Positions 12,045 to 24,900 of a stretch of DNA of 64,000 bases are shown here, piece after piece. The notes beneath the pieces were generated by a model, which saw only the letters and a program-made list of their open reading frames with translations, ran no database searches and was not told the DNA's origin. Location of the stretch: assembly GCA_012295275.1 (NCBI GenBank), contig CM022679.1, positions 19,592,001 through 19,656,000 on the forward strand, read 5' to 3'. Position 1 is the first letter of the stretch, and each line of letters opens with the position of its first letter. The translations under genes were made by a program, and so were the position numbers. This stretch comes from Chrysomallon squamiferum (lineage: Eukaryota > Animalia > Mollusca).

Positions 12045-14450
12045 CACCACATTTACTGTGACAGTTGCTGAGGCAGACAGTCCTGGTTGATTTCGGCCTC
12101 CTGATGTTGTCACATAAAACAGATAGTTTTGTTTTTTCTCATAATCCAAAGCCTTAGCTGTTGTAATTTGACCAGTGAATCTGTTGATGGTGAAAAACTC
12201 TTTTGCTGCAGCATCCACAATTTCATAGCTGATATCTTTTTGAGTGTCCAAATCCTCTGCCTGTAAGTAATACAAAATAACAAAAACATATTTTTAAAAT
12301 TTTTATTTATTCTGTTTGTCTATTTCATCCCATATAAAATTGAATACAGCTGTTTATCGAAAATAATACCAAACTAACTTTAATTTGCATATAAAAGTAA
12401 AAAAAAAAGGAAACAGAGGTTAATATTCCAGTTTTGATTGTTGTGTATAATAAACAATAAAGTATACAAACTTTATTTTTCACACAAAATTATTATAATA
12501 CTTTATATACAAAAACACACACACACACACACACACACATACATATTATATTCATAGGTACATACATACATATTGATATACATTTATATATACATTTATG
12601 TATGTATACTACTTCTATTAGCTGTATATGAAATAGAAGTATTTATACTTAGATCCTATTCTTCTCAGATTCCAAAATCTGAAATACTTCTTGTGCAGAC
12701 ATTTCTGATAAAGGATTCTCAGTCTGTAATCAGTTTATATCTAAAATAGCGTTAATAAAAAAACACTTGCCGTGACTTTGACTACAGGCAAACCAGCCAC
12801 ACCTTCTTTCACTGATGCCTCATACTGAGTTTTAACAAACAGTGGAATGTTGTCCTGGACGTCGTTTACCATCACAATCACAGTGGCTGAACCACGACGC
12901 TGGTCAGTCGCCTGGTCAGTGGCATACACAAAAAACTTGTACTGCTTCTTAGTTTCATAATCAATCACCTGCGACGTTTTTATCTGTGCATTTCTCACAC
13001 CTTGTTGTATTGAAAACCTTCAAACAAAAAATATGTATGTAAATGTTTTTCTTTCCAATCCTCTATTCACTGTTTAGAGCATTTACATTAAATGTACATC
13101 AAAAATTACAAAACTCACTACAAGGAACTGTATTAACAGATAAATTATTGAAATTATGAATATAATTTGTTTAAATATCAACTTTATAGTACATTGTTGA
13201 CTTTATTTTCATCTGAAGAAGTCCTTTAAAATCTTTATTTTGAACCAATCAGAAAACTGCATACAGAGATAACATGTGATGGTCACTTACGGAAGTGGAG
13301 TGTTGTCAATAGCAACAATGCTGTAAGTCAGTTGTGAATTTGGTGTATTTGGCTGATCACTGTCAGAAGCCTGAAATTGAAAAAATAATAATAATCAGCC
13401 AAGATAATTTTATCATTTTTAAATTAATTTGTTTTTCATGAAAAAACAAACACAGAGTCAAACCTGGCCATACTACTTCCAAGAATACAACTGGACTTCA
13501 CTAAAATCTATTCTGAATTCTTGTACAAAATATTCTTCTAAACTGAACTCCCATCTTGACTGTTAGTCTTGAAAATCAAACAAAGTGTCAAAAATACTTG
13601 TACAGTGCCAACACCTACAAAAACTTCATCACTACAGTAGGTCAGTATAAATTATTTTAAATTTCTTTAAACATCCTAGTACAAAAATTCATCCAAAACA
13701 TGATTTTGACTGGTGTAAAAGAAATTAAATAAACCTGTACAGAGCCAACATCAACAGGTGGTGACTGTCCCTCGGTCACTGTGAATGGGAAGGTGTTGCC
13801 CACCAAACCTGGGCCAGCAAACACTGGATTGTTGTCATTTATATCTGTTATTACAACTCTCAGGCGTGTCGTGTCAAACTGGAAACAAAGAAAATTAATA
13901 AAGAAGTTATATAACAATCAAACTATTCTACATGTCAAAATGTATCTTTCTGGTCTGCGTGTAATTTAATTAACAATATCAAGGGCAGAGGAATGTTAAT
14001 TACAATAACCAAATAAATGCTGTTATCACAGTTTAATAAACTGATTGTTCAAGACAAACCTTCTGTTCAGGATCTCTCACAGTGATGGTCAGATTGTACT
14101 CTGGTATACTTTCACGGTCCAGGACTCGGTTATTTCTCACTATACCACTACAAATGAGATAACAAAATATTTTACATGGAGATCATTCATATGCTAACTG
14201 ATAATCAATTATTTACAAATAATTAAAGAACAAAATGTAATATCACTGACAAACATATTAAATGCATGCAACAAATATTAGTATTAACTAGAAATTGTGG
14301 CAAAATATATTTTTGAATCTAACAATATGAAATGTTCTGTATTCATAGCTGGACAAAAATTAAGTGTGACATGTTCAAAGTTTTTTTTTTTTATTACAGG
14401 TAATATAATGTGAAAAAGACAATCACAAAATAAAAATTTAAAAGTATAAT

Positions 14451-14488
<38 letters not shown>

Positions 14489-15861
14489 TGTAGAGTGTGT
14501 GTTTGTTTTTGTACACTAGTTTAAAAACTTACTCAGACTGTCCAATGTTAAAAGTAGTATCCTGTGTGTTTAAAACATTCCTTATAGAAAATGTCTTTTG
14601 TTATTTTTTTGAATATATCACATATTTCCAAGAAAGTCTAAATTTATGTAGTATAAATATAGGATAGTATTTCATTAATCAAAACAATTAAGTTAATATT
14701 TGTATGTTTCACTAATCTAGTTTTTCAGAGATAAACATTGTTTCTATTAGTGTTTCATTAATCTGTAAACAGTGATTTATATTATGTTTCTTGTAATGTT
14801 TTTTTAATTTGTTTATAATAGATTATTATTTTAATAATGTTTTATTGATCTAATAACTTGAGTTACATTTCTTGCAGTAATCTGTTGATTTGTTTGTATT
14901 TCTGTAACAAAGTGTAAGCTTAAGAGAAGCAAACTTACTGGAGTAGTGAAAATCTGTCGATTCATATCAATTCCCTCACTCACATAGACTGTATACAGCT
15001 CACCAGGAATGTTAGGACTCTTGTTTCCAGCTGTCACAATGTCAAGAATTACTGTAACAACTCCCCTGAAATTAACAAAACTTGTAATACAACAGCAGTG
15101 CTGGTTTCTCTTACATCTCTGTATAAGACTTGTTACCAGTAGTTATAAGATGGTTTGTCAATAACGTATACTGTCAGTTGAAACTTGACTGCAGAGCTCA
15201 AATCTGACTTTCCCAACTCCTCACAAACATTTTCCCAGACAGTATCATAAATCAGTTAATGTTTGTTGTTAACTGAATAATTTCTAATCTGTTTAGTGCG
15301 TAACAAGTACGGCAGGAGAACAGTTTCGTACTAAAATACCTTCTTTCAATTGTTATTGTGATTATTTTTTTTATATTTTTTATTACAGTTGCAGTGATAG
15401 TAATGAAAAGTCAGAGCTCTGCTGATATTCTACAACTTTATGAAATATTTTATCCCTTTTAATTCTAGCAACTTTTGATGACAACTCAACTTACTTGAGA
15501 GCTGGAGTCCCTCCATCAGTTGCTGAAATGGTTATGGCATATGATTCTCCTTGAGCAAATGTCCCTTGTAAATAAAGAGCATTTTGCTCAAGGATAAATT
15601 TACTTGCTGCATTGTTGCTGACACTTTGAATGGTGTATGTTATCACATTGTTTGGATTCGAATCAGCATCAGTTGCCTGAATCTGCAAACAGAAAATTAT
15701 AAAAGTTTAAAAACCTAAGAGTTCCTCACTTCAGATTTCTTATTACATATTAAGATTTTAAAAATCAGGTGTCTCTTAATTATTTATTTTGATATATAAT
15801 AATGGTACAATTCCAATAAAATTAATTAAATTACTGAAATTAATAATAAAAATTATATATG

Positions 15862-15942
<81 letters not shown>

Positions 15943-18900
15943 AATATTCAGGTGTTGGTGACAAATGAAGGATTTTATATTAGAAATAACAGTTGTAAAT
16001 TTACGTGCAATGAATAATAAAAAAATAGTAAAATATTTATTTAATAATAACAAAAATAAACAGTAACAGTTATGTGTACATGTGATAAACAAAGTATGTG
16101 TCTATGTAAATTGTATTTGAAAAATTATTAGTAATGAATGCCATTATTATGTATGCCTTAAATTAAAAATATTTTTAATGATTTAATGAAGGAATATGTT
16201 AATAACAAAACCATTTATATTCCATGTGAATACATACATTTGTTATAAAGTCTTTGTTGTAAATGCCTGCTGGTTTGGTAAATTTTAGTAAATTGGACTG
16301 GAAGGTTGGTCTGTTATCGTTCACATCAATTACATTCACTGTCAAGCCCTGTGTGGTTGATAGCTTTTCCTTTGTACTTGCTTCTGTCACTCTGACCTGA
16401 AATATAAAATACATGAATAGTGTGTTCAAATGTTCAGTGAGTAGCAGTAAGTGATTACGAAGTTTTGTACAACACACTGAAATATTCAAAATAATCTTTC
16501 TCTACATGTGGAAAATTCAGCTAGAAGAACTGTTTAATTTAACAGCTTCATACAGATTTTTTTATTATTATTATTCAAATAATCACACACTGATGAATAA
16601 TCAAGGTTTAGCATTACTAGAATCCAAAGTACAAGCATGAATTTTCATCTGACATTTTAAAACATTTTGTCAGCGACAGATTAAAAGCTAGATCAAATAA
16701 TTGTAAAAAAAAAAAAAAATGGTGTTCAACATTTAATAAATACATATATGATGGCTAGGAAAACCAATAAAATCAGAATTATAGTGTTTTTATTTAATAT
16801 GGTCATACTGTAAATAAATGAGTGTGGGGTATATATACTGCTTATAGATGAGTGTGGAGGTGTATGTGCTGCTTATAGATTGAGAAATATGGTATGCTTT
16901 ACAAATGACACACTGATGTACACAGCTCCATCATTCAGCAACTGCAGCAGCACTTCATTATCACTGGCTCAGCAACCCCACTTAAGATTCAGTTTTCGTG
17001 TGTGTTTGTGTGCAAATTATTATCAGCTTTCGTGCTGCTGTTTTGCTGATTACCAACCTGAAAAGTGTATGTTTTTTGTCCTGCATCATAGTCCAAGCCA
17101 GGTGCAGCCAATCTGAGAAAACCATCTGTGTCAACTTTAAATGCTGTTGTTCCAATAACTTCATATGTATATATCTGTTTTGGATCAGAGGCAGACTGCA
17201 TAGACAACAAAAATGAATGGTGTAATATCAATTTATAATACTCTGCTTAACAGTATTTTATGCTTTAATAATTATAATAATTTGATAGACAGACAGACAG
17301 ACAGACATACACACACGCACACACACACACAATCAGTATTTTATATTTTATCTTATCTAGTAAATAAAAAAATACATGTAAAGATAAAAAAGCTCACCAC
17401 ATCCTGATCAGTAACAACCAGCTGCAACGTATTTGTAAGACTGGAGTCTCTAACGTGGTCGTTGGTTTTGGCATCTTCACGAATGTAGCCAATGAAATTT
17501 CCAGTAGATGAAGTGACAGTTGGTGGAAAGTTATTAGCAGCAACAACCTTTCCACGGACAATAGCCCGCTGGAAGTTGTTAGCTCCTGATGTTGCACCTG
17601 TCTCTGTAGCCTGGAAACAGAAGTTAGTCCAGTTATTTTAAAGTAACAATTTATAACATACTTCCATCAGATCATTATTCAGACATGCTTGATGTGGACA
17701 AAACCTTGGGTTTTGTCAGAATTCTATTGAAGAAAATGTTGAAAAAATGTAATGCTATCTTCACATCATATCTATCTGTGATTCAGTAAAAAGTTATTTA
17801 AAACATATCATTTATCTGAACTTAGTATTATTTTTTTATGAAACCTTCTGTTTTATTTAGAACAGTTAGACAGGGAAAGCTTTATTTCAAGAAAAACAGT
17901 TTCTGTAAAATTTTATTAATTAATCAAATTTTATATAATTCAGTATAATCAATTTTGAGAAATGTAAATGATACCAACCCGTATGACAATCTCGAACTCA
18001 TTGTTGATGACATCAGCCTTGGTGATAGCACTCCTCAGACTGAGACTTGTAGTGTAGAGCAAACTGCCTGCAGATGGTCGAACTGACTGAAGTGGGTTGA
18101 ATTTAGTTATCAGACCAGCTGGTGTTGCTATCACAAATACATTTTAAATCAATTAAAATCTGTTTAACTTTATAGATAAAGTTATTGGATGTTAACATTT
18201 ATTCTTTTTAATAATTATATGGGAAGATAAAAAATTATTAAAAACAATAATTAAAACAATATCACCTCCATTTACTTATACACAATTATGCTATCAATAT
18301 TAAAAGCTATTAATAGCACACACACACACACACACACACATGCACATGCACACATACATGCACACATACACACACACACACATCATTATTTTATACATTT
18401 TCTTCCAAAGAAAATTTATTAGAAATGTTTCAGTATATAATTAAACAGGCTTTTTCACAGTTTGTTGTCTGTTTGTACATATACTGCTTATAGATGAGTT
18501 TGGAGTGTGGAGGTGTATATACTGCTTATAGATGAGTGTGGGGTGTATATACTGCTTATAGATGAGATGGGGTGTATATGGGTGTATATACTGCTTACAG
18601 ATGAGTGTGGGGTGTGGGGGATATATACTGCTTACAGATGAGGTAGGGGGTGTATATACTGCTTACAGAGATGCTTACAGATGAGTGTGGGGTGTATATA
18701 CTGCTTACAGATGAGTATGTATATACTGCTTACAGATGGTGGGGGTGTATATACTGCTTATAGATGAGTATGGGGTTATAGATGAGTGTGGGGTGTATAT
18801 ACTGCTTATAGATGAGTGTGGGTATATATACTGCTTACAGATGAGTGTATATATACTGCTTATAGATGTGTGGGGTGTATATACTGCTTATAGATGAGAT

Positions 18901-21900
18901 GAGTGGGGTGTATATACTGCTTATAGATGAGTGTGGAGGTGTATATACTGCTTACAGAGATGACTGCTTATAGATGTGGGGTGTATATACTGCTTATAGA
19001 TGAGTGTGGGGTGTATATACTGCTTTAGAGATGAGTGTATAGGAGGTGTATATACTGCTTACAGAGAGATGAGATGAGTGTGAGGTGTATATACTGCTTA
19101 TAGATATATACTGCTTATAGATGAGTGTGGGGTGTATATACTGCTTACAGATGAGTGTGGGGTGTATATACTGTTTACAGATGAGTGTGGGGTGTATATA
19201 TATGGGGTGTATATACTGCTTATAGATGAGTGTGGGGTGTATATACTGCTTACAGATGAGTGTGGGGTGTATATACTGCTTACAGATGAGTGTGGGGTGT
19301 ATATACTGCTTACAGATGAGTGTGGGGTGTATATACTGCTTACAGATGAGTGTGGGGTGTATATACTGCTTATAGATGAGTGTGGGGTGTATATACTGCT
19401 TACAGATGAGTGTGGGGGTGTATATACTGCTTACAGATGAGACAGGGGTGTATACACAGATGAGTGTGGGGTGTATATACTGCTTACAGATGAGTGTGGG
19501 GTGTATATACTGCTTACAGATGAGTGTGGGGTGTATATACTGCTTACAGATGAGTGTGGGGTGTATATACTGCTTACAGATGAGTGTGATGGGGTGTATA
19601 TACTGTTTACAGATGAGTGTGGGGTGTATATACTGCTTACAGATGAGTGTGGGGTGTATATACTGCTTACTGCTTTAGAGATGAGTACATGGGGTGTATA
19701 TACTGCTTACAGATGAGTGTGGGGTGTATATTACTGCTTACAGATGATGTGGAGGTGTATATACTGCTTGTAAATGAGAGTGGTGTATATATATATAGTG
19801 CTCAGTGTATGTGTGTAGGGTATATATAAAACATACTTTGTTCAATGGTGAAGCTGATGGGATAGTTAAGTGAATCTTGGTCTCTAGCAGCAATGGTTAC
19901 AGGTGAATTAGTAGTGTCTGGAATAGCATGGACCTCAAGAACTCCAGTCTAAATAAATGACAAAAGAAGTAATATTAAAAAGAGAAAATGAAGTATTATA
20001 TTATTATAAATCACATAATATTATATAAAAATAAAACTTCAAACAAAGTTATTATATATTTCTACTGTGTAGAAACAGTGCTATTTTAGTAATAAAAATA
20101 ATAATAATAATAAAACATGTTATTTAGAATTTGTATCATATATTAAATGTAAGTTTTAAACTAATTTAAACTGTGAAGTATAACAAAGTACAAAAATACT
20201 TTACACTATCAAATATAACAAACTGTAAAAATAATCTACACTATCAAATATAACAAAGTGCAAAAATAGTTTACACTATCAAATATAATAAAATATAAAA
20301 ATAATCTACACTATCAAATATAACAAAGTGTAAAAGTAATCTACACTATCAAATATAACAAAGCGTAAAAAATACTTTACTGTTTATCAAATATAATTTT
20401 ATATAAGAGATAAAATATAACAGAGTAAAAATAGTTTACAAATCAAATATAACAGAGTAAAAATAGTTAACATTATCAAATTAAAAAAACTATGAAAACT
20501 GTTCACACTATCAAATATAACAAAATAGTCTAAACCATCAAGTAAACAGCATACAAAAATAATCTATTCTATCAAATATAATTAATTATATTATGAATTT
20601 TTGCAGATAAGTAAATCTGTTTTTAAAATAATTGAAGCAATAATGCATTAAAGTGTTTTCAAGGTTTCATACTTTGAGATATAATAAAATTTACCAAATT
20701 CTAATAGCAATTACCATAATTAACTTTATTTACAATTAGATTCATTTGCATCAGTTGAAATGAATTGAACTCTGTTTAACTGTTGCATCTAACATATTAA
20801 TTTAATTAATATTTTCTTACTGTTGAACCAGTAACAACGCTGATGCTGTATTCTGGGTTAAAACACACTGGTGGTGCTGTTGTTGTCAATCTACAGCCAC
20901 TGTACTCAAACACTGGACCCTGATCATCTCCGTCTGTTATTGTAATGTTGAGAAATGTTACTGATTTTTTCTGTTTGGTTTTATCATCTGGCTGATCCTG
21001 TAACATGCAGAGATTCAATGAAACACTGGAAACCAGCACTGTATGTTAGACTCACATTATATCAGACACTGTCTTATTGCTCAGAAAATACTCTTATATA
21101 TCACAACTTACAAAACTAAAACAAACATTAAAAATAGAAACACAGATTAGTCTTGGTATCTAAAGTTATTTTCCAGTATTTTGCTGAAATTTTATTTACT
21201 GTTTTTGTCATGATGAAAGACTATTGCACTAAGTATTATTTCATAATCCACTGTCGTAATCTTCAGCCTGAATTCCTGCCAAATCAATACTTACAGCTGC
21301 CTGGATTCTCACAATGTAGAATGGTGCATTATTAACATTGACAGCTTCAAAGTCCAGAGTCTCATTAACTGTTACAAATCCCTGGGAAGGGGTTGGAATA
21401 GCAAACTTGGTGAAGCCATCATTCTGTGAAAACAAGTTTTCAATTATTTATCTAAAGCATTATTAATGTATTATTGCTATAATTCAACATGTGTGTTAAT
21501 TTTGTTGCAGAAATGTTAGGTTATACATACTTTTAATTCAGCTTTAATTGTTTTTCTTTAACAAATAATTAAAACACTTACTGCATCTCCATTTCCAGGC
21601 AGTATAGTGTATTCAACAACAGCATTCTTCACCCTGTCCAGGTCAGTAGAGGAAACTGATCGGAAAATTGTTGTTCCCACAGGCATAAGCTGAACACAAA
21701 TAAAAATAACAGTTTTCACTGAAATCCAGTTCCATTTGATTCTTAATGAAGTAAAAATTTCTACTGTTACTGACATTATTCTGATGATTGAAACTAGACA
21801 ATTTTGTGATGTCAGCAGATCTGTTTAATCATGAAAGGTAATCCTGCTGAAACATCAAACCAGATAAAAATTTGTTTATTTATATTTTGTAACAAATTAA

Positions 21901-24900
21901 CAATACCCTACCTCATTGACTGTAGCAGCATATGGAGCACCTACAAACTGCGGAGCATTGTCATTCAAATCAACAATCTGCATCTTCACAAGTGGATAGA
22001 ATGGCTGAATGTAAAAAACAGTGAATCAGTTAAACAATACCAAATCAAACTAAACAAATTCATCATGATGAAGTCAAATATTTAATTTGGTTTTTGACAA
22101 AAATAATGAAGCAAGTTCTGAAATGGTTGGCTGTATCTTCAAGTACAAATTAAAGTAAACAAATAACATCATTCTCTTATTACTGATATTATTGGTTTAG
22201 TCAAGGTACAAGCAATTAACCAGATTATTTCATTTAAAAAAAATACTACCATACCAATATTGGTATATTCAGGCTGGTTGGGTTGAGTCCAGATTTGTAA
22301 ATGGATTTGGATTAAAGATAAGAAAGAGAAACAACAAGAGTGAATTGTAAGCAATAATATATAGGTGAAGTTACTGTGACAAAATATGACTTACACTGGT
22401 ATTAGCATTATCCTTGCAGATAAGTTCATATTCTACTGAGTTGATGTCATCATTCGCAGCTGGAAACTGGCCCTACAAACAACAAACAAATATAAAATCA
22501 ACTTATTAAATAGTTAATTGCATTATACAAGTATAATTTCAGTATTTTTATGTGATATAACAACCTTAAATGATTTAGAATATTTTCTTATTTATCTGAA
22601 ACTTTTTTCTTATACATCTAATACTGGTTTTGAATAATTTTCTTATTTACATATAATATTAGTTTACAATAATTTTCTTACTTACATCTAATACTGGTCT
22701 AGAATAATTTTCTTATTTACATCTAATATTGGTTTATAATAATTTTCTTACATCCATATAATACTGGTTTTGAATAATTTTCTTATTTACATCTAATACT
22801 GGTTTATAATAATTTTCTTATTTACATCTAATACTGGTCTAGAATAATTTTATTACTTACATCTAATACTGGTCTAGAATAATATTTTAATTTACATCTA
22901 CTACTGGTTTATAATAATTTTCTTGTTTACATATAATACTGGTCTAGAATAATATTTTAATTTACATCTACTACTGGTTTATAATAATTTTCCTGTTTAC
23001 ATCAACACTTACATCTCTGTCTATAGGTTTTATCATCCGAATTTGCCAGTTACCCAGGTTAGTGTTCCGAATCAGTTGAAAATAAGTTTTAGGAGGAAGG
23101 GAATTATCAGTATTTCTGGTATCATCAGAAAATGTTACTGACTCTATGACTGAACTGAATGGTAAATCCACTGTGTATCTAGCTTGATTAACTGTAATTA
23201 AAATAAAACACAAAATGATAAATATACAAATAAGAAATACATGAATCCAACAAGATTTAAAATAATATAAATAATCTTAAAAATACTAATGAAAATATAA
23301 ATAAATTTATTTGATAAATTATTCCAATTCCTAGTCATAGAAATTTAGCATTAAACACATTTATGATTTAAAATACTGTTTATTATCAGTGACTGCATAA
23401 ATCTTTAATTCCTGTCTTATTATTGTATTTACAATTTTTTAAATTGTTTAAATCTTCTTACATCTACCACATACCAGAATAAAAAAATATAAAAAAATAT
23501 TATAGTTTCTTTCATTTTATGTTCACTACAAAATATCTTGTTATTACTATTATTTCAAAAACTTAAATTATATCTATATATATGTGTGTGTATGTATATC
23601 TTTTGTTTTTCTGTTAACATTGCTGTAAAATAATATGGTATGATTGACAGAACATTTCCCAATTACACAATCTACAGTGATAAGAAATAATTACTGTCAA
23701 CATCAGTCTGGGTGTTTGCTTCATCAATGCTGATTTGGCTTGTTGCAACTTCTTGGGTAAATTTTTCACAGGTGTCTGAAAATAAACAAGAAATCACAAA
23801 AATGATTAAAATGAGAGATGAAGTTTACAAATCAAGTCACAGTATTAAAAGGAAATATGTGTTCAAAACTATGAGACAGTCAAGAATTGGTGTAAAAATT
23901 AATTCATTTACTGACAGAAAATAAAAATTGAAATATTTATTTTCAATACTATTTTAAACTGAACAGTATTATGAAAATGTGTTTTTTTCTTTTATTAAAT
24001 AATGAAGTGATGTAATTAAAATACTTTCATTTGTGTATGTAGGTTTAGTGATAGGAAATAACTGCTGAAATACACATACTTGTACTGAATAATATTTTTT
24101 TTTAGTGTTATAAATAAAATTATTGTAGTTTTCTTTAAGATTAAAAGAAATTTTAAAATTGTAATAAATCACTGTAATGAAAATAAAAACATCTAGCCAG
24201 TCTATAAACAGTTAACAAATAAATATATTTTATTATGTTTACCAGTCACACATTGTCAGGTAATAAATATTTCCAAATCCAGTGAAAATTTTTTTTTTTA
24301 AATTATTCTACGATTCATAAGTTTCTAATGACAATATAATTCACTTTTTGATTTTCTTTAAATCTTTAATTTGTAACATCTTTCTATAAAATGTTGTTTT
24401 CACTTCAGTTTAACAGTAAACTTGTAAAGATTTACACATTAACAATAAATACATTTGATCCAACTTATTCAAATGCAACCATAAACCTTAAAAATCCAAC
24501 AAGCTATGATGTTGTTTTAAAAAGTGTTGATTTAAAAAAATGTAAAACCAAGAGCAAAAAGGTTTTCAAAATAATTTACACGTGCAAACACATGCACAGG
24601 TAAAATGCATCATGCAACTGAAAAATGCATTTCCAGTGAAATAATTGCTTCAGTATTTTGTACTGTTATTCTGAGAGAGATTGTTTTGTTTTCATTCAGT
24701 AAGAAAGAATGTAACGCAGTCTTTAATACACCAATATGTTGTTGCTGAAATAACCCGACATTTCTTTTAACGTGACCTGTGGTCAGGACAGATTTTCTCC
24801 ATGAGTTCAAAGAGTCATGCATCAGACATGCAGTATTTTAGTTTAAAAAGCATACATCCGATCTTTAAAAATTTTCATGCACCTTTTTTATAATTAAAAA

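Noticed and set aside
19132-19829. Cys-rich repetitive ORFs (YILLTDECGV / MSVGCIYCLQ), superficially like a repeat array or CRISPR
   Set aside because: They are translations of a 30-bp head-to-tail minisatellite with no unique spacers, in a eukaryotic intron.
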